Under the pieces are notes generated by a model. It had not been told where the DNA came from and made no database searches. It saw nothing but the letters and a program-made list of their open reading frames with translations. Source: Bilabrum cf. latius (taxonomy: Eukaryota). Taken from it: 64,000 nt of DNA. The stretch is from contig OZ237741.1 of assembly GCA_965178125.1 (NCBI GenBank), forward strand, positions 310,001 to 374,000, in the 5' to 3' direction. The position numbers and the translations under genes are program-made. Positions within the stretch are counted from its first letter, which is position 1. Every line of letters begins with the position of its first letter. Positions 10,801 through 23,200 of this stretch are shown here, in pieces.

Positions 10801-12888
10801 GTGGTACCCGTCCACCTGCTCGCTGGAGAACAGCTGGCAGCCTAACGTCGCGTAAAAGAACACAACGACGCCGAACAGTGCCGCAAGCGGCACCATGGCT
10901 TGCAGCGTGCGCGACACTGCTGCCAGCTGTCTCCGTAGATCAGGACTACGCACAATGAGCAGCAGAGGGCGAAGGATCCTGCTCCACCGGAACGAGGACC
11001 TTACAAAGAAGAGATAGTACAGCACCCAATCGAGAGCGCAGTAGATCAGGACAATGAAGGCAGCATTCTCCCATTTCTTGTCTTGGAACATGAGGAAGCT
11101 CTGCGGGAACCCGGAGCACGCTCGCGCGCAAGACGCCGGTGGTTGTTGTGCCTTGCCCCGGCCTTGAGCAGCATCCGCGAATTCGCTGGCAAGCAAACCT
11201 TCCTCAAGTTGCACGTAGCCGGTGCTCGCTACGGGCTTCCGGTCTTCATTTCCTGCACTCGCGCACCCACAAGCCCTCGCCATCGATTTCCACGGGCGCC
11301 TTGGGTCTGAGCACGGCCTCACGAACAGCTCAGCCACAGCTCGCATGTACTGATCTGTCGCCAGTACAACCAACAAAGCAGCCTCGATTGATCCGACGGC
11401 CCAGCTGAACTTCGGGTTTGACCGGGCGGGCACATGAGTCTCGTGCTCGAAGAATGCAAGTGCCATGAGACCCACAGCTGCCAGCGTCATCACGTGTCCC
11501 CAAAGGTCGGCAAGAAAAAGCTTTGCAAACGGATGCTGCGGAGAAACCAGATCGGTTTCTCGGCTGGCATCAGCATCAGCCATCAGCTCGACCGCGACCT
11601 CAAACAGCTCGTCATCCTTGCTGTGCTCCAGCAAGGCTCTCGGGGTGTTCAAATGCCCGCTGCCAGCCCCACCACCTGGAGTTGTTCCTTGCTCTCGATT
11701 TGACGATGGGTCCCCGCCAGCACGCTCCAAAGTCTGAATAGACCGGTATCGCTCCGGGACACCCGGCGGGACAACAGCTGGGCCGTGCCCGCCAGTCCTA
11801 AGCCCCTTCACTTGCTGCTGTTTCTGCTGCTAATGAGCGCCGCTGAGGCCGATCGATGTTGCCCTCGCTCTCTGCACGCTCTGCTCTCGGGCAGCTCGAA
11901 CGGCCTACAGCGCCTCATCGGCCAGACGACGCGTATCGTTGCTGGGCTGGACTCCGCCTCGCGAAGCCCCTGCTGGCTGGCAACTCGAGCAAGCAGCGCC
12001 GCAGCACGGTACGCAGCAAGCGCAAGCGATGCTGGCAAGGCCGCAGAAGCCCAGCGCGCGCTCCGCCTTCCTCTGCTGCAGCCGCGCGGCAAGAATCTCG
12101 ATGAAATCATCCTCCGCAGCAGCATCTTGTTGCCTCGTGGGAACCTCGTCGCCTGCTCTAGCGCCATCCTGTGATGCATCACGCCAACCACCTTCGCTGC
12201 TGCCTTCGCTGCCATCGCTGCCGCCATCCGCCAGACCTGCCTACTGCGGCGCTGAATGCTCGCCCTGATCGGTCGCTCTAGACATGCCAGACCACTGCTA
12301 CACGGGCGCTCCAACAGATGCATCGGACTTCACCGTGTCCAAGTCGGCTCCCTATCCGTTCCGACTTGGAGGCTGGGGCCACTGTGTTCTGGGCTGCATC
12401 GCCTCTGGGGTGTCAATGCGGCTGAGCTCTCTCACAGGTGGGAGCATGGTTCTCATGCTCGGGCTCTGTGGAGCTCCAGCTTGACCTCCCGTGGTCCAGG
12501 TGCCTCCATTTGCTGCTGCAGTGCTCGGTGCATGAGGACGGGCCGGTGGACTTGGTATCCGGGACGGCTGCGGCGCGTGGGCTGGCTAGCCGAGCAAGCC
12601 TTTCATCTGCCCTGCAGATGCTGTTTGGCTCCGAGAAATCTACTTGGATTCTTCGTTCGGAAACCCATCCTCTGCGAGACTGCTAGCATGTTCGCCGGCA
12701 GCGGAGCCTCGGCGCTCCGGTCGGGAGTCCGTGCTGCCGGACAGCTTTGCCTTCTCAAGTCGTTTCTAGCGCAAAATTGATCTCATCCGCATTGGTCCTA
12801 CAATTGACGCCCAAGATACTCCCTGCTTCCTGCTCATCCGGCGAGACCGCACCCGCTGCATCTGATTGGCCCTGGCATCATCGTCCAT
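7816..12888 (-). CDS. Two-pore channel (TPC-family 2x6TM cation channel), ~1690 aa, intronless, 12 in-frame TAG
   Basis: Two voltage-sensor/pore repeats: S4 segments RWSRILRPLLL and RALRVLRLVV; pores NFDSFGAA..ILSSTESYPTV and TFRSLPYALLALFQIATSNNWN. Track ORFs 7816, 8824, 9328 and 10411 share one frame, broken only by TAG. ATG 12888 is the first ATG after an upstream TAA. Ends in TGA. Confidence 0.88.
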
Positions 12889-13225
12889 CGAGCCAGCAGT
12901 GGGCAGCGATGAGGAGGGATCTGCATCTTAAATAAAAGGGGCATATGACTTCAAATGAATACCATGTCATGACGATTGTCATCATCAGACGAAACCATGC
13001 AAAGGCAGACCTCGAGAAGCTATCGAGCCTTAGCAGAACATACCTGGTGGGGAGCTCTCCATATCGGTTCAATCCTGGGCAGGATCTGCCCGTTCGAGAT
13101 TGAGCTGTACTATTTGTAGCTGCTAAGTGTAGTTTTGTGCTGAAAAGTGGAGCACTGTTGATCTTGCTGGGCTCCGAATTGGAGCACACCGCCTCGGCAA
13201 GCAAAATTGGTCGCAGTCAAGCAGC

Positions 13226-15660
13226 ATGGACCACCAAAGAGGCATTGCTTATGCAGAACGTACCATGTTTTCCGCGCAGTCCCGTGGTGCCCGGCTGGCC
13301 TTGGCGTCATCCCACAGAGAGGAAGCTGTCTTGAAAACAAGAGAGTATCTTCGCCGGCTGGGGCGAGCTACAGCGCTTGAAAGCATGCCATGCGTCCATA
13401 TTGCAGGGACAAAGGGTAAAGGATCAACCTGTGCGTTCACAGAGAGTATTCTGCGACGGAGTGGGCTGAAGACTGGTGAGGCAAGCATGACTGCAGCCAG
13501 GGCTGCGATGTGCAACAGTGTTATCACAGCGATAAGAAGTATGCAAGTGGCCTTCTGCGCAGGTTTGTTTGTTTCTCCACACCTCACAACTGTCAGGGAG
13601 AGGTTTAGGATCAACGGTAAACCAGTAGCCACGGCGGTGTTCTTGCGTTGTTTTTGGAGGGTTTGGGACACGCTGAGGGCATGGAGACACCGAGAGCCAA
13701 GCGAAACGGAGATGATGGAAGCCGCCGGTGCATGCGTGAAACAAGGAGCGGGTTCAAAAGCTGGCGGTTCGTCGTGGAATCCGCTTGCAGCTGCTGACCT
13801 GGTGCAGCCTGCAGTCCCTGGCTTCTTCCATCTCGCAACGCTGGTTGCCTTCGAGATATTCATTGGTAAGTACACAGCCCAGCTCGCCTACTCGTGCGAA
13901 TACTAATCTGCTGTTTTTATTGGCGTTTTGCTCGCCTGCGCACCCGGTGCTACGACGAATAGCCTCAGCAGCCGTGCAGATCTATGCACGGCCGCAGCTG
14001 CCGCCAACCCAAGCTCGCGTTGCAAGCAGCTCACTCCGCCCTTCACTCGAATCAACCAAATTTCGCAGAAGAAGGCGTTGATGTTGCGGTGATAGAGGTC
14101 GGTATGGGCGGCAGACTAGACGCAACCAACGTGATACCATTCCCTGCGGTGACTGGCATCGCGACCCTAGACTACGACCACGTTGACGTGCTCGGAGGGA
14201 ACATCCGGTCGATTGCGAGAGAAAAAGCAGGCATCATGAAACGCGGATGCCCTGCACTAGCTGTCAGGCAGCCCATCGATGGAGCCGAGGAGGTGCTTGC
14301 GTCGTGTGCGTCACGAGCGGGTACGCGGCTGGCGTGGTCAGAATAGGATGCGCTTGCGCGGCACCACATCATGGCAAGATCGGGTGCATCCGCTGCAGCC
14401 AGTGCGATCCAAATCGATAGAGCAGGCGTTCTGTGTGATGAGAAAATCAGTGCTGGGGAAGAAGGCAAGCATGCCATGCTGGGACTCGCTGGAAGGTTTC
14501 AAGCGACCAATGCTGCCCTCGCTGCCCATTGCGCCGAGGCGCTTTGGAGGAGACTCGGTCAGTGGGATAGAGTGAGCACGGGCAAAACGTGCGATCTCAA
14601 GCTAGCAAAAGCGTGTTGGATTCGAGAGGTAGCATCCTTGAAGAGAGGCGATGCGGCTGACTCCCCAGCTCCCGCGACCAGCACTTCTGCCGCCTCCCAA
14701 GCACCGGATCTAGATCGTGTCCACGTCCACGGCGGCTACCTTGAGACCTTGCCCGAAGCAAGCCGCGCTGGACTGCAAACTGCGCGCTGGGACGGCCGCT
14801 GCCAGACGCTCCGGGTCCGGCTGGAGCGATTGGAACCGCAGGAACATGCGGCCGATTCAGGTGCAGGTGGTTCGCCAAGCGCGGCCGTGCCTTGCAGAAT
14901 CGTTGGGAGAGACGTGCTCGACGGCTCACTTCCACCGATAGGTCCTGTATTGGCTGCAGAGTCCCATACAGGGAGTGGACGGGGGCCGCAGTCTGTTGTC
15001 TGCTTGGATGGGGCGCACACAGAGAGGTCCATGCTCGAGTGCGTGCGGTGGTTCCACGAGGAGACAGGCGATCGTAAAGCCGAGTCGTCGCATGCGAAGC
15101 GAGTGCTGCTGTTCAACGCCTCGCACGAGAAAGACGTGGTGCAGCTGCTGCTACCGCTGACGTGCCTCTCCTGGGATGCCGTGGCCATGTGTCCCTTCGA
15201 TATGGCGAGGCCTAGCAGGAAACCGTATCCATCCGTCGACGGCTGCCTTAAGAAGTACGTATCTCGACTGATTGACGCAGGGGATACGGATGCGGCTGGC
15301 AGAATCCAGTCAGAATGGGGTTTAGACGAATCAAGTGCAGGCGCAGGTGCAAGCCCCCTACCGTCTTTGTCGCCTGGCGATAAGTTGGCTTGGCAGCGCA
15401 CACTGGCAGATTTGTGGCTTAGACTTGGTACTGAGTCCCGTTTCTCAGGTGCTCGACAGCGGGCCGCCGCTTCTGTTGGGATGGAAGAAGAGGTGCCCAG
15501 CGAGGTACCTGCCCCCGCTTTGTACGGCTCTGTGCGGGAGGCAATGATCGGCTGCTTGGGGTCGCAGGGCGAAGGGACTGAGGGTCATATCGCAAGCATC
15601 TTGTGCACTGGGTCTCTTTACCTTGTTGGGAATGTCCTTGGATACGTCGAAAGGATCTGA
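13226..15660 (+). CDS. FPGS: Folylpolyglutamate synthase, 3 exons, one in-frame TAG
   Basis: Motifs VHIAGTKGKGSTC, TGLFVSPHL..VRERFRING, IEVGMGGRLDATN, DH..VLG..I..IAREKAGI, GRFQATNAALA, WDGRCQ, LDGAHT and TGSLYLVG. Introns 13476-13562 and 13866-14068. TAG at 14344. Ends TGA TGA. Confidence 0.93.
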
Positions 15661-15906
15661 TGAGGCTGCCGGCGGTCGTGCTTTTCCCGCAGCACGGCGG
15701 CGCCGCGTGTGATGAGCGCGGTTAACAAAGCCTGGATATGGAGCTAGCTGCGCCTATTCCTAACGGATTAGTGCCACCTGATTAATAAAAGTAGCAAATA
15801 CTTCCCAGCGTTTCAGGGTTTTAGGCGTCTTACATCGTCATCTCAATTTTTTTGGTCGATTCGAATTACGTCACACCCTGCACAACACGTGACGTTGAGC
15901 AAAAAT

Positions 15907-18900
15907 ATGCATGTAGACGCGTTTGCGCCGTACCAGGCAATCAGAAAGGCTATCAGTGGATATGCATCAGTCTTAGTTCGTACCCCAACGACTTCTTGTA
16001 TGTCTATTTTGTTTGCACTGGCGGCAGCGGCGATGGGTGGAGTACTCGCACAGGACTTCTGGCGGCTTAATGTTTCAACAGCCGCATTTGTGTACGCAAG
16101 GGGGAACAGCACTAGGTTTAAATTGTAGAATTCTCAGTAGTTTGGCCCTTAGCCACGAATGTCCACGATCATTGTAACTCCGAGAGGCAACAATGGTGTG
16201 ACGCCGGCCGGAGCCTTCGATAAACGAGCCTTTCAGGTGCTGTATGACATCGAAGATGCCGTCACTACCATTCAAATAAGTCGTAATGGTATTAAATGGT
16301 CCTTCCCTGACTTTTGTCAGAGGTTGTATGGCCCTGCTTCGTCATGTAGCGAACTCTCTGCAACGCAGTTCTGGCCAAACAGTGGCTTCATGCAGAACGA
16401 TAGTGCTATTGGATACACCGTGGGAAAATGTACCTCGGGTAACATTCCATGTCAGGATTCGAAAGGGCAGCCCATTGAAGTGGCGTATAATTTGGGGCGG
16501 GGGTTCACGGTGGATGGCGGCAACGTGACCTCTGCCCCGGCGCTGTTCAGCACTTACAGCCTCAACGCTGTACCAGAGGCCGAGGCATCCGGTGGAGAAG
16601 CAGGCGGCAAGGCAGAGGACGAGGAGTACCTCGCCGCAGCCATTGCCTGGGAACGAGAGTGGGTCTCTAGGGTACGGCGGATCGCGAAGACGCTGGATTC
16701 GGAAGGCTCCCCATTCCAGATTGCCTACGGCGCTGCGTCAAGCCTCGAGGACGAGGTGTCAAATGAAGCCCATGCCGACGTGCCGATCATCGCGCTGAGC
16801 TACTGCATCATGTCGATGTACCTGGTTGTGGCGCTCTCTACCCTGCAGAAGCCCCTGCTGTCAACGAGGATCCTGGTGGCGACAGCCACTGTCGTTGGAG
16901 TGCTGGCTGCACTATTGCTCGCCGGCGGCATCGCTCTGGCATCCAAAGTAGACCTAAATCCCATCGTTTTCCAGGTCCTTCCCTTCCTATTGCTCGCGAT
17001 TGGTGTTGACTCTGTGTTTCAGCTGCTCGATGCATACCAGAGGGAGCAGGCGAAGTCGTGGGGCGAGCCAATGCCAAGCGGGATTCCAATGGCAGTGCGC
17101 AACCAGGTGGACCGCCTGGCGGGGCTGGAGGGCGCTGCTGCTAGCGCCGGGGCTGCTTGCTGCGGCACAAGCTCGCCGACCTTTTGTCTGCCAAAGCAAC
17201 GCGGGTACAGGCACCGCTCGCGGCCCCAGGCTGGGGTCGTTCGCAAGCCGACAAGCGCTTTCTAGCCGGCGCCTATCCGAGAGTCAGACAGCACGCGGCA
17301 TGCAGCGCACGATGCAGCTGTATCGATTCATTCATTGGAGGAGTTTCACGCGGAAGCTTTCGGTCGCGCTGCGATGGAGGCAGGCCAGACCATTTTCATT
17401 TCGAGCCTGGTGCAGAGCCTTGCGTTCATGGCGGCGTCCTTCATCCCCTTCGAGGCGATGAGTGCCGTGTGCGTTTACTGCTCCATTGGAGTCGCCTTCA
17501 ACTTCGTGTTCTTTCTCCTGCTTACCCTACCAGCTGTCGCCTTGGACATCCAGAGGCAGCTGGGCGGCAGGCTGGAAATACTCTGCTGCGAGGCGTGCGG
17601 CCGCGGGCCAAGATCGTCGCACACTGCGAGCAGAATCGCAAACACGACCGTACGTCCGTCCAGGCTGTACCAGGATCTTGCCAGGATCGACGCCGAGGAG
17701 AAGGGCCAGGGTGACAGCAGGGGGCCGCAGCAGACGATCCCTGCGGCCGACGTCGAAAACGATTTTGACAATGGTAGCAGTTCGAAGTTCGAGGCAGAGG
17801 AAGGGACTGAGGTGCGGGCGTGCACTGCATGGGTTCTATCTGGCCCATTCTCGTACCTAATGTCACCGTCGTGCAAGGCAGTGCAGTACGTCATCGTGCT
17901 CTGTTTTGTAGGGTGGTGGGCCTGGAGCGCCACCCAGCTGGCGTCTGTCCCTGTCGCGTTCGAGCAGATCGACCTGCTCCCTTCAAGCTCGTACATGTAC
18001 AAGTTTTTGCGGGCTTAGGACAGCTTTCTGGGTCTCGGTCCTCCCCTCCAGCTGGTCGTGAATGGGTCTGATTTGAGCCAAGTGGAGCAGCGCAGGAGCT
18101 ACGAGGCCACGTCGGCCGCCCTCCACGCATCTCGAGCCACTCTTGAGCAGCCGCCATTTGATGCCATTGGAGACGCAGAGTGGTACACCGACTACTGCTC
18201 ACCGGTTATAGCTGAAAAACTTCCATCCAATGCAACGTTTGGTCAGATCACGAAGCATTTCGTATCGGCTGACTGCCTAGACGTGTGTGGCCTGCCGCCG
18301 TTTGCCAGCTGCCAGGTGTTCAACGAGACCGCAAGGTGCCCGGCGTCGCTAAATAACCTGGACTCGGCAGAGTGTGCGTCCCCGTACGGCCTGTGCATCG
18401 CAGCTCTCTGCAACATCCGTGGGATTCACGCCACCAATCTGCGGTGGACCAGCGACAACAAGACCATCGTTGCGTCCCGTCTGCAGACGTACATGCAGCC
18501 GCTCGAGTCTATGGACGACTATGTGGGTGGAATGAAGGCTGCTTGGCAGATTGTTGGAGATGCTCGTGCAGGAGGCCATGCTCTTGCATCTGCCGCAAAC
18601 CAGCTGCCGAACCGCACCACCGCGTTCGATGATTCCGTTGAGCCGCTAGCACCAGGTGCCAAGGAAGGCGTATACTCGGACTCGGTTTATTTTGAGTACT
18701 ATCAGCAGTACGTCGTGCTTGTGGGGCTTGCTTGGAGACTCTTTGGATACGCTGGTGCTGCGCTTCTGGCCCTGCACACGCTGTACTACCTCGATGTAAG
18801 GCAGAGCCTGATGCTGCTTGTGGTGGTGTCTGGCACCATGCTGTCAGTGGCGGCCTCCCTCGCCTGGTGGGGCATCGGGCTCAACTCTACGACCGTGGTG

Positions 18901-19497
18901 AACCTGATCGGGACCACAGGTGTGGTCATTGAGCTGTGCGTGCACCTGCTGTCCTTTGTATTCAACGGCGCCCCCAAGCTGCTCGCCAGCAGGATGGCAA
19001 AGCACACTGGAAGCCGTGATAGCGCCACCGTGGACCTTGATAGAGCCGTCCTACTGCTCGCATTCGTGGATGGCGGTGCAACCGTGCTCTCCGGCATCAG
19101 CACCACCAAACTGCTGGGCCTGGCTATTCTTGCGGTCGCTCCAAGCCGGCTTACCCGAGTGTACTTTTTGCGGCCGTTCCTGGCTGCAGTGGCATTCGGC
19201 ACCCTGCACGTGTTGGTATTCGCCCCGAGCGCGCTGCTGTGCGTGGCTGATGCAACAAAGGCAGTTGGCTCTTGTTGCTGCGGTGCAGACGCTAGTTGGA
19301 GCTGCCTGGGTCCTCGGCGCGACGGGCAGGGCAACAGCGCCACGAAGGCGTCAAAGCTTGTGCAGGCCAATGACGTGTCGAGATCGGTGGGATACGGTGC
19401 CCTTCGCGACGAACAGGACCCCGCGTTTGGTTCTGGGCAGTCCATGTACGTGGAAGTGGAGGCATCGGCTGTTGCGAATGAGTGGGACATGAAATGA
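15907..19497 (+). CDS. NPC1/Patched-family (RND-type) sterol-sensing-domain membrane protein, ~1196 aa, 5 in-frame TAG
   Basis: SSD motifs SLEDEV and VLPFLLLAIGVD; DLLPSSSYM and GPPLQLVV; VYSDSVYFEYYQQY; GATVLSGISTTKLLGLAILAVAPS..RVYFLR. Four track ORFs in one frame are joined across TAG at 16126, 16138, 16150, 17263 and 18016. Ends in TGA. Confidence 0.9.
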
Positions 19498-19601
19498 TCC
19501 CTGTTATTGTAGTGCGGCTGCCTGGCATGGGCTTTGTGGATCTATACGAACATCGATCTAGACTATTGCCCTTGGTGCTGACTTTGGTTGCTTGAGTGTA
19601 T

Positions 19602-19860
19602 TGCACTGCATATTTATCAAACTATTTCACTCTTTGCCCCCTTCTCTTACAGACAATCATCCACACCGTCACGACTCGACCGCCTCGGCCCGTTGCCGCC
19701 TACGCTCATCCCTAGTCAGCGGCTCTTTGCCGCGGCTGCTCCGCCGCTACGCCCTCGCGCCTCTGCGTGACGCAATCCCAGATCCCCCGACACCCCCGAG
19801 CAAGTCACTCAGCTCGTCCAGGTCATCACCGCCACCGGTGCCGAAATCAGCCGTACCGCC
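19602..19860 (-). pseudogene. Diverged ~260-bp copy of the 3' end and 3' flank of the giant gene (about 25638-25895)
   Basis: Shares near-identical blocks such as cgttgccgcctacgctcatccctagtcagcggctctttgccgcggctgctccgccgc. The copy has a premature TGA at 19669 and its frame closes at a TGA just upstream of the homology. Confidence 0.8.
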
Positions 19861-20201
19861 AAACGACTCAGGACATGTCACTAGACAGCAGGATCCGCAT
19901 CAGCTTACGCGTATGCCAAACCAGATTTGCTGCGATAAATATCATAATAGTGACAGAAGCTGTTCCTAGTTGCGAGCTGAGCCAAACGAGAGCACTGGTA
20001 CCCTGCTTCGAGTCGGCAGCGCGGAAGCCAGAGTGCGCACAACGCGAGCGCGGCATTCCATCGAGTCGAGCAGGCAGTGGGCTGGCTGGCAGGATAACGG
20101 TGGCAGCAGCTACTGAGCCACTGAATACCTGCACTTATGAGCGCACTATTGCAGATTGCTTAACGGGACTTTGCTGGTGACAGTAGCCAGCAGCGTAGCC
20201 T

Positions 20202-23200
20202 TCATTGCAGACTATCATCGCTTGATGTACGCTGCATCACCGACGGTGCTTGAGGGAGTAACGCTGTGTCAACCCACACGCCGGCCACCAGACGGTACTT
20301 GGCTTGCAAGTGAGGCGGCGAATCGAGCGTGGCAGGACCGATAAGCTAGCGCAGCATTCCTGACCACGCAGGGGGGTTGTCTGCTGCTGTCGGAGAGCTG
20401 CTTCTGGGTACCTCGATGGGCCTGCAGCCAGGAGTGCACCGGTGCAGGAACAGCGGGCGTTCCTCAGGAGCAGTCACAGTATCAGTCGTACCTATTTCAC
20501 TGCGGTTGTTACATGATGCATCCATGGTTTCGCTGGCTTGCTCCATCCTGGCTGCTGCTGCATTGATTCTGTGCTCGAGTTTGGCCTTGTACTGCAGTAA
20601 GGCGGGGGCCATCTCCACTGCGGTGGATAGCATTCCATGCAAGCGAATCGCGTCTTCTTCTATCCAAGGGAGGCCGACGTTTGTGCTGTTTGACCGGATG
20701 GTGCTAGCAAACATCGCAACAGCAGTGCGTAATGCCAGAATACTCCTCTGACTTCCCGGGCTCCGAAACGCGGACTGAGCTTGCGGCTGCTCCTGGGCCG
20801 CTCCTGCACTGCCGCTTAGGGATGGATGCCTTGCATATTCGCGTGCCAACGTCCATTGAACTATTGCAAGTTGTGAATCTTCAAGTCGATGGGAGAATTC
20901 TCTATCCCAGCCTAGCAAGTGGGTGTTGCTGAATGGTGTTCTCGGCATCAAAACGCTCCGAGCTAGCTCGAGGTTATACACATCCCTGCGCCTCAGTCCC
21001 TCAAACAAATCTCGTGCCACTGCGCGGGACACATCTGCAGGCAATAGTGCAGATTCTAGACAGGAACCAAGGGTATCGAGCGCTGGAATTGGACACCTAT
21101 GTGGTCCGGCAACCGCTGGATTTGAGGGCGAGCTCCGTACGTCTCCAGTCTGCATCACCATGCACCTTGCAAACTCAGCAAGCGCATTTCTTGCCCGGCA
21201 TCCTAGCAAAAGAAGAAGCAATATGCGCTGGGAACTCAGTAGTACCTCGTACGCTGGGACTTGTACGGTTCGAATGCTAGAGTTGCGAGCTCTAACCGCC
21301 AAGTATGGGGCCTACTCACTCAGAATTACGTCTAGTGCAGCACCGCTTCTGGCATCCCCGCGCTCATTTCCCTAAAATACAACCTCAACAGAATTGTCAG
21401 TCGCAGTTGGGGCGGATTTGTGATCCACGACCTGCAAAATACCCTTTCGTCGCAACGGGTCACAACGTTTGCCTTCGAGAGTATACGCCCAGGCATTCGC
21501 TAGCCTGATCAAGCCCCTACCAGCACGAACTACCTGCATCTGTAACCCTGTTGCGCGGAGCACGTTCTATAGCCGGGATCCTGCTACAAATGATGCGGGT
21601 GCGAGACGACGTTGAATCTAGTCTGTGGTGGTGAATTCCGATTGCGGAGTCAGCAAAGGAACTGCATGCCGTAACCTCAGCTGCGACCAGGGTATACGTG
21701 GATGATTTTCTAGTGTTCCATTGATAAACTCCATCCCTACCGACTTGCTTGGCGTTCGGCTGGGAGAAGGATCACGATCATACAGGTGCGCCCACATTTG
21801 CAGCAAATTAGAGTGGTTTAACCCAGCTTGCGGCTCGACAACACCGAAAGGAACCCTAGTAGCATTCTATCGATCAAATCTACAAAGAGCTGCTATCGAG
21901 AATGGGCTAACCGGACTCACTGAGCCGGAGACCAGCAATAGTAGAGCCCCTGCAAGGACTAGCATCCATGCAAGCGTAGACAACGCACCCGTAGGGAATA
22001 GAAGTAGCCTGGCTGGTGCCCACAATACCCACATAAAGGCTGCAATGATAAATCCTTTGCTTGGATTTCCCACCAGGGGCAAATACAAGTTCTAGAGGCG
22101 AGATCCACCATGCAAAATACGCCAAGTTTGTTCCAGGTCGACCGTCCAAGGGTTCACTATGCTAGCGAATACGGCGCGCATGATCTCAAGAGGTGCTAGT
22201 GCACCCACTGGGCCATTTATTGCTAGGCTATGCAGGAACTCAACGAAAGCCGCAGGAGCCATCAGTGCGAGTACGAATCCGACCGAGGCAACAAGGCTGT
22301 TCGACCACTGCGCACATATCGCCTTGCGGTATTGCTCTTGAGTTGCAATGCTAATCGCTTCACGATCCGTCGAATGAGCCAGCTATTGCGATGTTAATGA
22401 GCTCACCGACCGACTTAATCGCCACATGGGGGCAAAGTATGGCACGTAATCAAATCTTGCAGCCTACGAATAGCTGTCCCGACTGCTCACCCCTCCGCCG
22501 TCAATACGCTCAGCCAAATTCGTCGCAAAACAAACTGCACTATGGTAGATCAACACACCTGTAATTGAGCACTTGTAGTAGAGAAACACACCCCAAATTC
22601 TGATGAGAGGCCCAGCAAAGTTCCTGTGGTGCACAGTGAGATGACAGACACGAGCAAGTGCATCAGGCCCGTGACTCTCCAACCAGGTGTCCACCAGAAC
22701 TCCAAAAGTTACAAGATACCCCAGTACGATAACACTTATCCATGATGACGCACGCGCAATGTGTGCATCTTTGCCCATAGATGATCGGTTCCCCACGAAG
22801 ATTCCACATGTTTGAGTTGACAGCAGCAGTGTCCATATCGCCGCAACACCTGGAAAAGGATACCCCTGGGCTCTGAGCCGACAAAAACGACTTATTGCTG
22901 CACCCATTTGCACGACAACAAAGAAAAACGCGGTTGCGAGCTGCATGAATACACCTAGTGAAAGTAGCCGCTGGTGCTTACTTAGATCGGGAGTCTACAG
23001 GAGGTATGCTGATGACTACCACGATGAGCCGCACTCTTGCTGCATGAAGGCCACCATCGGTTGTTCCATGTAGGCCAAAGATCGCTGCACGAGCTTCATG
23101 GCGGCATCTGTCGCTTTTGCGGCAGATTCCCTCTGCGTTGCAAGGTCGGAGCAATGCGACAGAAAAGCCGAGCTGCTGTTGGAGTCCATCTGGGTCGCCA

